Part shown: in pieces, positions 38,201-50,400 of the stretch
How the letters are laid out: every line of letters begins with the position of its first letter
How positions within the stretch are numbered: the stretch's first letter is position 1
The notes under the pieces: model-generated
Database searches by the model: none
What the model was told of the DNA's origin: nothing
Seen by the model: only the letters and a program-made list of their open reading frames with translations
Origin: Bdellovibrionales bacterium
GTDB lineage: Bacteria > Bdellovibrionota > Bdellovibrionia > Bdellovibrionales > UBA1609
NCBI GenBank assembly: GCA_027317865.1
Contig: DAHVQG010000003.1
Coordinates: 159,263 to 223,262, forward strand
Direction of reading: 5' to 3'
Length of the DNA: 64,000 nucleotides
Made by a program: the position numbers and the translations under genes

Positions 38201-38719
38201 CAAAGTGTTACTTAAAAAGTGACGGGTGGCCGTCTCAAATTGATCGATTGCGCCGCTCCAAATTGATGCAATTTAAATTAAATTTTGTTTAGATCAAAAG
38301 TTTTTAAACGGTTATATAATTTTAAAATTGCGCTTCAAAATAAGACGCTTCATTACGCCGGCGCGCGAATATTCGAGCTGAGCTCGATCTTTGTCTCGTA
38401 TTTAAACATAAAATGTTTCAAATTAAAACACTTAAGGATTGGGCGATGTTCCGGAACTGGCTTATGGTCCCGTCGATTTGTGAATTGGGGGGTTGATCCG
38501 CTTATGGTTTTTGTTAAAATTTTCTATTGAAGATGTAGGAGTTGGAACCGCAATGAAGCTATGAGATGGCGCTCGCTTTGTGGAGCGTTCTTGAATCGGG
38601 GCGCTGTAGTAATAGCTAAAATGTTCCGATAGTTTAAAAGAATGCAGTAAGGATAGAAACTGCGGCTTCGAGCCGCGAAACGACAAACCAAGTACACATT
38701 GTACGTTCAGGGGGAAATA

Positions 38720-39373
38720 ATGAAGAAACCAAATACCCGGACATTAAACTCCGGTTTCTCACTTATCGAGTTGATGGTCGTCGTGGCCATCATCGGGATT
38801 CTCGCGGCTATCGCGATCCCAAACTATCAAAAATTTGAGCGTCGCGCCCGCGCCTCGGAGGGTAAAGAGCTCTTGTCTTCGCTTTACAACGATGAAAAAT
38901 CAGCCTACGCCTCATATGAAGGCTACACGACAAATTTTGTTGTGATGGGCTTTCAACCCACGGGCAACCACATTCAGACTGAGGTCGGTTTTAAAGCAGC
39001 GTGTGCTGGACCGACAGCCGCACCTGGTCCGTCGTGCGAGCCGTTTAGCATGTACACCGGGGGTATTAATGCAATGGCATATACAAATGCCACCACCTCT
39101 GGCGCTCCGACCTATGGTGTGCCCGAAGCTAACGCTTATGATTTAGCCCAATACTGCACCTCGAGCGGAAAGTGCTCCATGGACCCTGCAGCGAGCCAGG
39201 CAATTGCGTCAACCTTGGCAGATTCCGTGGATCCGGCTAACACTGATACGGCTGGCGCCGCATCGTATACGTTTACAGCAGAATCTGTTACAGATTGTGG
39301 TTCAAGTACGCCAGATAGATGGACAGTTGACCAAGACAAGACCTGGACACAGAAATCTGACTGTACGATGTAG
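38720..39373 (+). CDS. pilA: Type IVa major pilin
   Basis: G|FSLIELMVVVAIIGILAAIAIPNY prepilin motif; SD GGGGG before ATG 38720. Confidence 0.9.
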   Translation: MKKPNTRTLNSGFSLIELMVVVAIIGILAAIAIPNYQKFERRARASEGKELLSSLYNDEKSAYASYEGYTTNFVVMGFQPTGNHIQTEVGFKAACAGPTAAPGPSCEPFSMYTGGINAMAYTNATTSGAPTYGVPEANAYDLAQYCTSSGKCSMDPAASQAIASTLADSVDPANTDTAGAASYTFTAESVTDCGSSTPDRWTVDQDKTWTQKSDCTM

Positions 39374-39404
39374 AGTGAACATGACCGAATTGTGTGAGAT
39401 CATT

Positions 39405-39434
39405 GCGGAGGAGCATTTGTTCCTCCGCTTTTTT
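39405..39434 (+). terminator. Intrinsic terminator after pilA
   Basis: GCGGAGGAGCA-TT-TGTTCCTCCGC hairpin followed by TTTTTT. Confidence 0.85.
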
Positions 39435-39439
39435 ATTTT

Positions 39440-40213
39440 ATGAAGTCTACTATGAAATTGGTTTTGATCTTAATTTTTGCTGTCGGGGCTATCGGCGTCT
39501 CGGCGCATAAAGTTGTTCCTGGAAGTCACCACAAAGAGATCCTATTTGCAATGCCTGCGACAGCTAAATATTTCACATTTGGTTATAACGATGTGATTGC
39601 TGACGCGGCCTGGATTCGCGCCTTGCAGAGTATTGGTGCCTGTGGTGAGCATCGTCGCGACGTCACGAAAGGAGTTCACATTGGTCCTAACCGAGTCGCT
39701 CGGTGCCACGATGGTTGGTCCTACCGGATGTTGGATCTAGTGATGACGCTCGCTCCACGCTGGCGCTTGCCGCAACGGGTGGGGCCGATGCTTTTGAGCA
39801 TTTTCGTAGACGATCGCGACGGTGCAACGAAATTGTTTAATAAGGCGGTCAATAATTTTCCGAATGATTGGCGAATTTTGACTCGTGCGGGATATCATTA
39901 TTTGTACGAAGATCACGATTACATGAAAGCGGCGATGGTCTACAATAGAGCCGCCAAGCAACCTGGTGCGCCTCAATGGTGCCGATATCTCGCGGCTAAA
40001 TTGTACCAAGAAAATGGTCGCTTGCACGTTGCCAAGCTTGTACTTGAGAATTTTTTGAAATCCCCTGGTATTAGTAAATTCGGTCTTGAGATGGCAAAAA
40101 AGCGATTAGAGGACATTAACAAACAGTTGGCTGCGCTCCAATTAAAACATGAATTCGAAGAGCCGGCCCCTAAGCATCCTGTTTTCCCTACGCACGACCG
40201 CATATTGAAGTAA
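39440..40213 (+). CDS. TPR-like pilus accessory protein (PilG-like of Bdellovibrio/Myxococcus pil loci)
   Basis: FGY..VIADAAWIRALQ, TPR-like helices; directly follows the pilin. Confidence 0.6.
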   Translation: MKSTMKLVLILIFAVGAIGVSAHKVVPGSHHKEILFAMPATAKYFTFGYNDVIADAAWIRALQSIGACGEHRRDVTKGVHIGPNRVARCHDGWSYRMLDLVMTLAPRWRLPQRVGPMLLSIFVDDRDGATKLFNKAVNNFPNDWRILTRAGYHYLYEDHDYMKAAMVYNRAAKQPGAPQWCRYLAAKLYQENGRLHVAKLVLENFLKSPGISKFGLEMAKKRLEDINKQLAALQLKHEFEEPAPKHPVFPTHDRILK

Positions 40214-40413
40214 TACTGTGATTCAGCGGGCGCTTGCCGGTTTTTAAAATATAAATTAGGTGGTGGCCGGGCGCGATTGACTGGGTTGTTACTATTACTT
40301 AAGTCTTTCAAGAAAAATTTTTGGGTGGATGAGAGATAGTCTTGCGGCGGCGATTTATTCGCGTCCAATTACGTGAGCGTCAAAGGGAACTTACGCCCAG
40401 CATTGGACATCGA

Positions 40414-40442
40414 CTTGACAGCTCCCGAACCGCCTCCACTAT
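40414..40442 (+). promoter_or_regulatory. Sigma-32-like promoter of dnaJ
   Basis: CTTGAC-N14-CTCCACTAT. Confidence 0.45.
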
Positions 40443-40495
40443 AACTGTAGCTTTAAAGCCGTTCAACCAGACGATTTTTTACATCCGGGGCCTCA

Positions 40496-41614
40496 ATGCG
40501 AGATTATTACGAAGTGCTCGGTGTTTCGCGCACCGCTGACAAAGACGCCATCAAAAAGGCCTATCGCCAATTGGCGATGAAATACCACCCCGATCGCAAC
40601 CCTGGCGACAAAGCTGCCGAAGACAAATTTAAAGAAGCCGCAGAAGCTTACGACGTGCTCTCACATGATGAAAAGCGCTCTCAGTATGATCGTTTTGGCC
40701 ACGCCGGCATGAATGGCTTTGGTGGGTTCGGCGGTGGCCCGCAAGGCTTTCATGACATCAATGATATTTTCAGCGCGTTTGGCGATATTTTTTCAGATTT
40801 GTTTGGTCCTGGAATGGGCGGTATGGGCCAGCGAGGTCGTAGCCGGTCACGAGCACGGCGTGGATCAGACCTCCGCTATCGGCTTGAAGTTGAATTGAAA
40901 GATGTCATTTCCGGCACTCAACGAGAAATTCAATTTGAAACAGATGACTCGTGCAAAACTTGTTCGGGTTCGGGCGCCAAACCAGGAACTTCACCCACGA
41001 CCTGTCTGACGTGTGGGGGTAGTGGTCAAGTCGTTCGTCAGCAAGGTTTTTTTGCAATGTCGACAACTTGCCCCACCTGTCGAGGCGAGGGCGTTATGAT
41101 TAAAGAGATGTGCCCGGACTGCAGGGGCCGTGGCCGCAAACCGGTCCATCGAAAGCTTAGTATTCAGGTCCCCGCAGGCGTTGAAACCGGTACCCAGCTT
41201 CGGCTTTCAGGTGAAGGCGAGGCGGGTTATCAAGGTGGCCCAAGTGGTGACCTTTATGTACAACTGTTGGTCAAAGATGACCCGCGGTTTGAGCGTGACG
41301 GGCAGACGTTACACGGCGAAATACATATATCTTATTTGCAAGCGCTTCTCGGAACTGAAGTTGAAGTCGAAACGGTTACTGGCCGTACAAAACTCGAAGT
41401 GCGGCCCGGAAGTCACGATGGGAGCGAAGTGCGGCTTCATAACGAAGGTGTTCCTGCCATTCGGGGTGGCCGGCGTGGTGACCTTGTGTACCATTTAAAG
41501 GTTGAATTCCCCAAGAAATTGACCAAAAAAGAAGAGGAGCTATTGCGCGAAATTGCGAATGAGACCGGAGTTGAGGTAATGGCGCCTGCGGGTTTTTTTG
41601 GCCGGCGGAAATAA
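40496..41614 (+). CDS. dnaJ: Chaperone DnaJ
   Basis: HPD J-domain, G/F region, four CxxCxGxG repeats. Confidence 0.98.
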   Translation: MRDYYEVLGVSRTADKDAIKKAYRQLAMKYHPDRNPGDKAAEDKFKEAAEAYDVLSHDEKRSQYDRFGHAGMNGFGGFGGGPQGFHDINDIFSAFGDIFSDLFGPGMGGMGQRGRSRSRARRGSDLRYRLEVELKDVISGTQREIQFETDDSCKTCSGSGAKPGTSPTTCLTCGGSGQVVRQQGFFAMSTTCPTCRGEGVMIKEMCPDCRGRGRKPVHRKLSIQVPAGVETGTQLRLSGEGEAGYQGGPSGDLYVQLLVKDDPRFERDGQTLHGEIHISYLQALLGTEVEVETVTGRTKLEVRPGSHDGSEVRLHNEGVPAIRGGRRGDLVYHLKVEFPKKLTKKEEELLREIANETGVEVMAPAGFFGRRK

Positions 41615-41655
41615 AACTGAAAATGCGGCCCGTTAGTCGGCTGAAAAATGGTGGC

Positions 41656-41684
41656 CTTGACGATTTGCAAGGCGGCCCCAATGT
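41656..41684 (+). promoter_or_regulatory. Sigma-32-like promoter of dnaK
   Basis: CTTGAC-N14-CCCCAATGT, same geometry as the dnaJ site. Confidence 0.55.
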
Positions 41685-41745
41685 ATTATTGAGTAGAAAA
41701 TGTTGAGAGATCTATGCGATTTAAACGAAAGAGGAGACATTTGAA

Positions 41746-43698
41746 ATGAATAAAATTATCGGAATCGACTTAGGTACGACCAACTCCGTTGTTGCGGTGA
41801 TGGAAGGCGGCGAGGCCAAAGTACTTGTGAACGAAGAAGGTGGGCGAACCACTCCTTCTGTTGTGGCCTATACAAAAGACAACGAGATTCTGGTGGGTCA
41901 AATTGCAAAACGTCAGGCCGTCACTAATCCTGAAAATACTATTTATTCGTCAAAACGCTTTATTGGCCGACGCTTTAACGAAGTTGGCGAAGAAATGAAA
42001 CTAGTGCCGTACAAAGTGGTGCCGAAAGATCAAGATTGCGGATTTGAAGTGAAAGGCAAAACCGTATCGCCCGAAGAAGTAGGGGCCCAGGTTTTGCTAA
42101 AACTCAAAAAAGTAGCAGAAAATTATTTAGGTCAAGAAGTGACCGAGGCGGTGATTACTGTCCCGGCATATTTTAACGATGCGCAAAGGCAGGCGACAAA
42201 AGACGCCGGCCGAATCGCGGGTCTCAACGTTCGACGTATTATTAATGAACCGACAGCGGCGGCATTAGCTTACGGCCTCGATAAGAAAAAAGACGAAAAG
42301 ATCGCAATTTACGATTTCGGTGGTGGCACCTTCGATATCTCAATTCTCGAAGTCGGCGATAATGTCGTTGAAGTCAAAGCGACCAACGGCGACACGCACC
42401 TAGGCGGCGATAATTTTGACCATCGTGTTCTTGAATGGATGGTCAGTGAATTCAAAAAAGAATCTGGAATTGATCTGCGCAATGACAAAATGGCGCTGCA
42501 GCGGCTGCGTGAAGCGGCAGAAAAAGCGAAAATCGAACTCAGCTCGCGTATGGAGACGGATATCAATTTGCCATTTATTACGGCCGATCAAAGCGGTCCG
42601 AAGCACCTCAATTTGCAGCTCACCCGCGCAAAATTTGAACAGATGATCGACGATCTTGTGGAGCGTAGTCTTGAACCCTGCCGAAAATGTATGAAAGACG
42701 CCGATATTTCGGCTTCTGAAATCGATGAAGTGGTTCTTGTCGGCGGTTCAACTCGCGTGCCAAAAATTCAAGAGGCAGTCAAAAAACTTTTTGGTAAAGA
42801 ACCCAACCGTTCGGTGAACCCAGATGAAGTGGTTGCGGTCGGCGCGGCTGTGCAAGGCGGCGTGCTTTCGGGTGAAGTGAAAGAAGTTTTGCTCCTCGAT
42901 GTGACGCCCTTGTCGCTCGGTATTGAAACCTTGGGTGGCATAATGACAAAGCTTATCGAGCGCAACTCGCGTATCCCGACGCGCAAGTCGCAAGTATTTT
43001 CGACCGCGGCTGATAGCCAAACGAGTGTCGATGTTCACGTGTTGCAAGGTGAGCGCGAAATGGCTCGCGATAATAAAACGTTGGGCCGGTTTGAGTTGGT
43101 TGGAATCCCGGCCGCTCCACGCGGGATGCCGCAAATTGAAGTGACGTTCGACATTGATGCCAACAGCATTTTAAATGTTTCGGCAAAAGATTTGGGTACA
43201 GGTAAAGAACAAGCTATTAAAATTACCGCGAAGTCGGGCCTTAGCGAAGATGAAATCAACCGGATGGTCAAAGATGCCGAAGCACACGCCGAAGAAGATA
43301 AGAAGAAACGCGAAGAAGTTTCGGCCATCAATAATCTCGATAATTTGATTTATGCGACCGAAAAACTCATTCGCGAAAAAGGCGGTGATTTGTCGCAATC
43401 AGATAAGGCAGAAGCTGAAGCGGCAATTAACGATGCCAAAGAAGTATTGAAAAATCGTCCACCGCTTGCGCAAATTCAAAGTGCCCTAGACCGATTGACA
43501 CAAGCGAGCCACAAACTTTCGAGCGCTTTGTATGAGAAAACAAAAGCCACTGGCACTGGCGGAGGTGCTGCGGGTGGTGCTCCTGGCGCAGGCGGCAGTA
43601 ATGAATCGGCACAAGGCAGCGGCGGTGGCGAAGCTTCGGGAGAAAATAAAAAGAATAACGGCGACGTGATTGACGCCGAATACAAAGACGTAAATTAA
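41746..43698 (+). CDS. dnaK: Chaperone DnaK
   Basis: [36 protein letters not shown]. Confidence 0.99.
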   Translation: MNKIIGIDLGTTNSVVAVMEGGEAKVLVNEEGGRTTPSVVAYTKDNEILVGQIAKRQAVTNPENTIYSSKRFIGRRFNEVGEEMKLVPYKVVPKDQDCGFEVKGKTVSPEEVGAQVLLKLKKVAENYLGQEVTEAVITVPAYFNDAQRQATKDAGRIAGLNVRRIINEPTAAALAYGLDKKKDEKIAIYDFGGGTFDISILEVGDNVVEVKATNGDTHLGGDNFDHRVLEWMVSEFKKESGIDLRNDKMALQRLREAAEKAKIELSSRMETDINLPFITADQSGPKHLNLQLTRAKFEQMIDDLVERSLEPCRKCMKDADISASEIDEVVLVGGSTRVPKIQEAVKKLFGKEPNRSVNPDEVVAVGAAVQGGVLSGEVKEVLLLDVTPLSLGIETLGGIMTKLIERNSRIPTRKSQVFSTAADSQTSVDVHVLQGEREMARDNKTLGRFELVGIPAAPRGMPQIEVTFDIDANSILNVSAKDLGTGKEQAIKITAKSGLSEDEINRMVKDAEAHAEEDKKKREEVSAINNLDNLIYATEKLIREKGGDLSQSDKAEAEAAINDAKEVLKNRPPLAQIQSALDRLTQASHKLSSALYEKTKATGTGGGAAGGAPGAGGSNESAQGSGGGEASGENKKNNGDVIDAEYKDVN

Positions 43699-44369
43699 AA
43701 TGCGGGGAATTGGGCGCCGATGACGATCGAATTCGGCGCCTGATTCACGTCAAAATCAAGTTCTGCCATAAAATCGCAAACTTTAAATTGGTCGTCATGA
43801 TATTTTGCTCCAAACGCGATCTGAACGGGTACTCCCGTAGTGCTCCTGTAAGATGACAGTCCAATAGGGAGCGCAACAAACGGCGTGACAGTTCCTGAAA
43901 CAGAATCGGTTGTAATCGCAAATTTTTTGCTGGCAAGCGGTACAATTCGTGCGGCGACTTCGCTGGCACCGTGGTAGTGAGCGTATTGAGCTCCAAATAT
44001 AAAACCGACCGCAGGCTGCTGTTCATAATCGGGAAAGGGTACCCATTTATAGTACGCTCCAAGTACGGCGTCGGTTGCCCCGCCACCGGCTTCAAATCGA
44101 AAATTCGACGAATCGTTGAACCCGACGTCAAGGTGGCCCAAGAGATTGACCCCTGGAGTTGGGCCTTGCGTGATCCATTGTAATGACGTTCCAATTGCTT
44201 CTTGATTGGGTTTAACTAAATCGCCCGTGTCTTGCACGGTGTAGTAGGCAAATGCCGGCGACGAGATAAACAGTGCCGGAATAAGTGCCAACGAAAAGCC
44301 GGTAAAAATAGCGGCAAAACCAACGGGGCTTAGACATTTTGAAAAAAACCGAGACATCAATTTGATCAT
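43695..44369 (-). CDS. Putative outer-membrane beta-barrel protein
   Basis: Signal peptide (PAFA), amphipathic beta strands, C-terminal Phe. Confidence 0.6.
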   Translation of the reverse strand: MIKLMSRFFSKCLSPVGFAAIFTGFSLALIPALFISSPAFAYYTVQDTGDLVKPNQEAIGTSLQWITQGPTPGVNLLGHLDVGFNDSSNFRFEAGGGATDAVLGAYYKWVPFPDYEQQPAVGFIFGAQYAHYHGASEVAARIVPLASKKFAITTDSVSGTVTPFVALPIGLSSYRSTTGVPVQIAFGAKYHDDQFKVCDFMAELDFDVNQAPNSIVIGAQFPAF

Positions 44370-44451
44370 ACTTTTGACCTCATTCTTGCGCGTTTCTTGA
44401 CAACGGACAATGCGCTCGCGATTGTAGAAGTATTAAGAGGACTCGACAAGA

Positions 44452-45219
44452 GTGAAGTTACCGTTATCCCTGATTATTATCACGTTGAATGAAGAAAAGA
44501 ATATAGAGCGATGCATACGGTCTGTGCCGTTTGCCTCGGATATTCTAGTACTTGATAGTGGCAGCACGGACCGGACCGTTGACATTGCACGCAAGTTAGG
44601 GGCACGCACTTTGCAAGAGCCATGGCGCGGTTACGCACGCCAGAAAATTCGTGCAACGGCCCTGGCACGAAACGAATGGGTGCTTTCGCTCGATGCCGAT
44701 GAAGCACTGAGTGAACTGGCCCAAAAGGAAATTGTCGAACTGTTTCAAACCAGTCAGCCCGCCACTGACATTGATGCCTATTCGTTTCCGCGAAAGGCCA
44801 ATTATCTCGGCCGATGGATGAACCATACGGGGATGTACCCGGACCGGCAAACCCGCCTATACCATCGCGCCCGGACGCAATGGAAGGACGCTCAGGTCCA
44901 TGAAAAAATAGAGGCCAAAAATGTGAGTGAATTTTCAGGCGACATTTTGCATTGGCCGTTCATCGATATTTCAGACCAAATTCAAACGATCAATCGCTAT
45001 TCGAGCTTAAGAGCGAACGAGCTTATGGAGCGGAACCAAAAATTTTCACCGGTAAAAATGGTAACCAAAACGGTTTCTAAATTTTTTGAAACTTTTTTCC
45101 TAAAAAAGGGGTTTCTTGACGGACAAGAAGGCTTGATCGCATCGATAGTAACGGCGTTTTCAACTTTTCTTCGGTGGTCAAAGTTGCGCGAATTGCAAAA
45201 GAGCAAGAACCAGCTTTAG
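44452..45219 (+). CDS. GT2 glycosyltransferase (WaaE/KdtX-like)
   Basis: NEEKNI, DSGSTD, SLDADE, YPDRQTRL, VHE. Confidence 0.92.
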   Translation: MKLPLSLIIITLNEEKNIERCIRSVPFASDILVLDSGSTDRTVDIARKLGARTLQEPWRGYARQKIRATALARNEWVLSLDADEALSELAQKEIVELFQTSQPATDIDAYSFPRKANYLGRWMNHTGMYPDRQTRLYHRARTQWKDAQVHEKIEAKNVSEFSGDILHWPFIDISDQIQTINRYSSLRANELMERNQKFSPVKMVTKTVSKFFETFFLKKGFLDGQEGLIASIVTAFSTFLRWSKLRELQKSKNQL

Positions 45220-47087
45220 TTCAACAAAACATTTTGGCCCGATTTAAACGGTAACGTACACTCGTTAAAATCAAAGTCTTTTTTACATCCGATGGTCGCC
45301 CGCAGTGGAGCGGTAAACCATTCCTTCTTTCGCCGGGCGCCTTCGGTATGTGAATCGTCGAAAACATATGAATCTTGAATCGAATTTTCGTGCGGATATC
45401 GAGTTTGTAGCGACGGGGCCTCGCATTGCCAGGAACTGCTGGCTAAAAACACATTCATGCGGGCCCTCGGGCTTGAATAGGTGGTTTTGAGCAAATTAGC
45501 CATCGCGTAACTCCCCATAACGTCGGCAAAGCGTTCATAAGGAGGTGAGGAGTAACCTTCGAGCACAAGTTCTCGACGGTCAGAAAATTGCCCTTCGATG
45601 CGAAGTGTTTTCTCAAGCACTTTTTGCATCATATCTTTTGCCGTTGAAAGAGCGTCGCGCAGTCTCTCAAGACGATCGGTGTTTTGCGTGCAACGATATT
45701 CGGCGGTGAAAAACATCAGTGTGGTCACCTCATCGTCGATAGGTTCTTCGCCGTGGCTCCATAAATAATAGCTACAGGGGTTCAGATAATTAGGATTTGT
45801 TTGAAGCGTACCGTTTGGGAACGGAATTTTAGCTTTTGTTATGCGCAAAAACTCGTTATCAGAGGCAAGATCTGACATTTGATCGGCCACAATATCATGG
45901 GCAAAGCGTTTGTAATCGGCTGAGGTGAGAACGTTCGGCGTATCCTGAAGTTTGAGGCATTCTTGAAATTGCGGTAGCTCCGGCTGAAATGCGTCGAGCG
46001 ATTTCAAAGACTGCGGAAATTGCTTTTTGAATTGATTCCATGCATTGCAGCTAAATGCACGGGGTTCGCACACGTTTTGTCTTAGCGTTGCCAACCGTTG
46101 CCCCATCAATGAGTGCTTTTCAAACAAATATTGGCTTCGATTTAATGCGAGGACGTGGCCCATTTCGTGGGCGAGCGTTTGCATTATGTCTTCGCTGTTA
46201 AAATCTCCCGCGCAAACGGTAATCAGGTTAAGGTGCGGATAATAGTAAGCGTTGTTGGTTGTCGTCGAACATTCTTGATCTGAGATTTCGGGCATTGAAC
46301 CCGGCAAAACCAATTTCACTTTTCGGATACGTTCAGACCAATCTTCGCGAACCGCTTTCGGAATATCGAGATCGGCTATAACTTGCAAATAGCTTTTTTG
46401 CAGACGTTTGAACAACCGGACGACTTTTTGCCAATTGGCGTCGTCCTTCCAAATGGCGCGCGAGATTTCAGAGATAAGATCGCGCTTCACGCGTTCGCGC
46501 TCGATATCAAGTTCAATCGGTATCATCGTAGCCGGAATTTTATAATAGCCCGGAAATTTTTTATTCATTCGATAAATAATTGTTTCGTTGATCGCAGCCG
46601 CCCAAATTTCGCCGAGTTGATAATTTAGTTGTTCATCGCTCAAGCGCTCCTGCAATGTCATTTGGCTGCGCGGTTTGCGGCTAAGAAGAGCTTCGAGTTT
46701 CTGAAAATAGTGATGGCGAACGAGAATCCAGTAAAAGTCTTTTGGAAGTTCATGGCGGTGGCGAATCTTCGCAATCGAATAACGGTAGAACACTTGCGTA
46801 AAGCCGTTTCGCGTATTGCCTTGAAGAATTTGAATGGATTGATGTTTACGTTTGATCATGAGATTGCCAAGAGCCGCTGGCGAATAGAGATAGTGGCAAT
46901 ACGAGTCGAGCGTGGCCATGCAATAAGGGTGTTTGCTTGGAGAAAAGTATTGATCCGAAGTAAAATCTAATAGAGGGGTGTGGGTCGGCTTCCAATTACT
47001 TACCGAGCCGCCTGAAATACAAGAAGTAAGAGTCAACGCGGTACCCAAACAAATTAAAACGCCGCTCGCAATTCGTATTCGAATCAT
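45216..47087 (-). CDS. M13-like (neprilysin/PepO) zinc metallopeptidase lipoprotein
   Basis: LTSC lipobox, NNAYY, HEMGH, ERFAD, DSH. Confidence 0.65.
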   Translation of the reverse strand: MIRIRIASGVLICLGTALTLTSCISGGSVSNWKPTHTPLLDFTSDQYFSPSKHPYCMATLDSYCHYLYSPAALGNLMIKRKHQSIQILQGNTRNGFTQVFYRYSIAKIRHRHELPKDFYWILVRHHYFQKLEALLSRKPRSQMTLQERLSDEQLNYQLGEIWAAAINETIIYRMNKKFPGYYKIPATMIPIELDIERERVKRDLISEISRAIWKDDANWQKVVRLFKRLQKSYLQVIADLDIPKAVREDWSERIRKVKLVLPGSMPEISDQECSTTTNNAYYYPHLNLITVCAGDFNSEDIMQTLAHEMGHVLALNRSQYLFEKHSLMGQRLATLRQNVCEPRAFSCNAWNQFKKQFPQSLKSLDAFQPELPQFQECLKLQDTPNVLTSADYKRFAHDIVADQMSDLASDNEFLRITKAKIPFPNGTLQTNPNYLNPCSYYLWSHGEEPIDDEVTTLMFFTAEYRCTQNTDRLERLRDALSTAKDMMQKVLEKTLRIEGQFSDRRELVLEGYSSPPYERFADVMGSYAMANLLKTTYSSPRARMNVFLASSSWQCEAPSLQTRYPHENSIQDSYVFDDSHTEGARRKKEWFTAPLRATIGCKKDFDFNECTLPFKSGQNVLLN

Positions 47088-47094
47088 AAAATAT

Positions 47095-47370
47095 TCACCG
47101 TTGTTGCCACGCCAGTACTGTTAAACCGATGCCGATACCCCACATGGCCACAGTATTGCTGACAAAATAGGGGTACGCCATGAGGCCTATGCCGATAAAG
47201 AGATGTGAAAAATTCGTATTTCGTTTGCCTGAACGTAAGATGTAGCCGCCGATGATTCCGAACAGGATGCCGGCGACAATTTGTGAGGCGCTGAAATGAA
47301 AGAAACCCTTTCCAGCGGAAGTTAATCCTTTTGCGAGAACATTTGGGCTCAGTGCCGGCACGCCATTCAT
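47095..47370 (-). CDS. Small membrane protein
   Basis: Three hydrophobic helices, GLMAYPYFV; SD GGAGG. Confidence 0.75.
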   Translation of the reverse strand: MNGVPALSPNVLAKGLTSAGKGFFHFSASQIVAGILFGIIGGYILRSGKRNTNFSHLFIGIGLMAYPYFVSNTVAMWGIGIGLTVLAWQQR

Positions 47371-47453
47371 GTGATTTCGCTGACGCCTCCTGGTTACTAA
47401 TTATAAATACGGCTCATGTTGCAAGTCTAGCGGAGCGAATAAGTGTTCTGCCG

Positions 47454-50400
47454 CTACCCGTAAAAATATTGCGTCGGATCGGCATTCTTTAGCAATGTGG
47501 CCGGTTCAGACGGTCTATCTTGAGGTTTTCCGACGAATATGGGCTCCACTTTGCTTACAATTAAACTCACCGTGGCGCCTTCGTGCTGCACTGTTGCCGT
47601 AACCGTAATAAAACAATGGTTCAAAAAAACCTCACGGTATTTTTCAAAAATATCCTTCCATAAGACGAGATCCATGAATCCGTGTTCATCTTCGATGGTG
47701 GCAAAGCAGACGCCATTGGCCGTTGGCGGCCGCTGGCGGACAAGCGTCATCCCTGAAACTTTCACGCGGGTGCCTGTTGCGAGGGTTCGCACGGTTTGCG
47801 ATGTGACTTTCGGTACATTCTTAACCCGTCGACGAAGCTCACTCATTGGGTGACCATGTAGAGACATCGCAAAAGCTGAATACTCATTCTGGATATGTTC
47901 AAGCGGGCTTAATGGAGAAAATTGATCTGGTTTAATATCGGTCTGTTTAATTTCCGTCAATGGCAGATTCGCAGGCAGGTTCGCCGCTGACTCGGCAAAA
48001 AGGTTGAGTTGTTGCCATTCGGTGCCTTTACGGCGCTCGCGAAAAAGATTTTGGTATTCAAGCAGGGCCCAAAGGGCTTCTCGTGGGTTATAGCGAGCCT
48101 CTTCAGAAAAATTATTGTCAGTCGTCGGGTGCGAAAGTTCGGCAAAACGCCCGGCAAGAGCGAGACGTTCGAGAATGTCTCGCTTGATATTGGAGCGATG
48201 AACAAAGTCAGCCAAATTTTGAAATTGCAGATTTTCTCGTTCGGCGATGAGGGCTTCGACATCCGAGCGCGAAATTCCATGAACAAGGCGAAATCCGAGC
48301 CGTATCGCGGCAGGCGGGTCTTTATAATTGCGTGCATTTTCAGATTTATTTTCAACGGTGCAGTCCCACTGTGAGTGGAGAATAGAGACCGGCAAAACTC
48401 GCACGCCGTGGCGAATGGCATCGTATAAAATGGTGTCGGGACGATAAAAACCCATGGGCTGACTATTGACGGCCGAACACGCAAACTCCGCCGGGAAGTG
48501 GCATTTCAAATAGCAAGACGCATAGGCAAGAAGCGCAAACGAGGCGGCATGACTTTCGGGGAAGCCGTAATGGCTAAAACCCTTGATGTGTTCAAAAATC
48601 TGTTCGGCAAATTCGCGCGAGAGCCCGGCGTTGCGAAGTCCATCCATGAGCCGCCCGGCAAGTTGACCAATCGAAGCGCTGGTTCTCCATGCGTTGATGC
48701 ATTTGCGCAGTTGATCGGATTCTCCGGGCGTAAAACCGGCGAGTTCAATGGCCAGCTTCATGATTTGCTCCTGAAAAAGGGGAATGCCGAGAGTGCGTCC
48801 CAAAATACGTTCGACGATGGCATTGGGGTAGGTGATTGATTCGAGCCCTTGCCTTCGCCGTAAATACGGATGAACCATTTTGCCAACAATGGGACCGGGC
48901 CGCACAATGGCCACTTCAATGACTAAATCATAAAAGTTTTTTGGTTGCAGGCGGCCCAGCATAGACATCTGCGCGCGCGATTCAATTTGAAAGACGCCAA
49001 CCGTGTCGCAATTACCGATCATCTCAAAAGTGGCGTTATCGTCCCGCGGGATTTCATACAATTTCAAGTTCACAAGTTGGAGTGTCTTGCGTAAGCAACT
49101 GAGCATCCCGAGTGACAGAATGTCGACCTTGATGAGGCCCAAAGTGTCGAGGTCGTATTTATCCCACTGGATGATCGTGCGTCCCTCCATACGAGCGGGT
49201 TCAACCGGAACAATTTCTGTGATCGGGTCAGCACTCAAAGTAAAACCGCCGCTATGAATCGAAAGGTGGCGTGGAAAACCATGCAGTTCGCGTGCGATGG
49301 CCTCGATTTGCGCACGTGGATGAGTGCACGCGCGTAGTTCAACCGGACGCGTTTTTATAAGAGTTTCAAAATTGCGTTCAACTTTTTTTGCAGAAAGCGT
49401 GCCGACAGGTAATCCGAAAGCTTTGCACACCTCGCGCAGAGCATTTCTATATTGATATGTGATGACGGCGCTGACCATGGCCGCGCGATGGCGGCCATAT
49501 TTTTCGTAAATATATTGGATCACTTCTTCGCGACGTTCGTGTTCAAAATCGATATCGATGTCAGGTGGTTCACCGCGCTCGGCTGAAATGAAACGTTCAA
49601 ATAGGAGATCCATTTGCACAGGATCAATCGCGGTGATGCCGAGCACATAACAAACGGCGGAGTTTGCCGCCGAACCGCGACCTTGGCATAAAATTTCGCG
49701 GCGTTTGGCAAATTCGACAATGTCGTAAATAGTAAGAAAGTAATCGGCATAGCGAAGTTCACCGATAAGTTTCAATTCATGTTCGAGTTGCTTTTTCACT
49801 TTGTCACTCATGCCGGAGGGGTAACGGTCCGTAACGTGAGTCCAAACTAAATGTTCAAGATAGGTTTGCGCCGAAAAACCGCTCGGAATCCATTCGGACG
49901 GATAGCGATAGCGCAGTTCGCTGGGGCTAAACGTGCAGCTTTCGGCAAGTTCCAAGGTTTTGGTTAAAGCCGGTTGAAAGTCGCGATATCTTCGCGCCAT
50001 TTCGTGGGGAGTAAGAATGTAGCGCTCGGCGTTTGCGCGCAGAGCAAACCCCGCTTGCGAAAGAGGTTTACCTTCGCGAATTGAAATGAGCACGTCTTGC
50101 AAAATTTTTCTCGATTTGACGTGATATTCGACGTCGTTCGATGCGACAAGTGGCAATTCAAAACGGCGGCTCAAATCTCGAATCGTGCGTACGCGATTTG
50201 CATCATGGCCATCGAGATAAAAAGTCAAAGGGAGCGCCATATTTGCCGCGAATACATCCTTGAGAAGACCGAGCTGAAGGGATGTCAATTCGATACGTGG
50301 TAAGCAAATAAATTCTGACGATGGGTTTGCTGGTGAAGACATAAAGTTTAAAAAATCGGCAAAAGCTATGCGCCCCAACTCTTTTTGTTTATCACTTTTG

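Noticed and set aside
43548-43640. Gly/Ala-rich repeat-like DNA
   Set aside because: Ordinary flexible DnaK C-terminal tail
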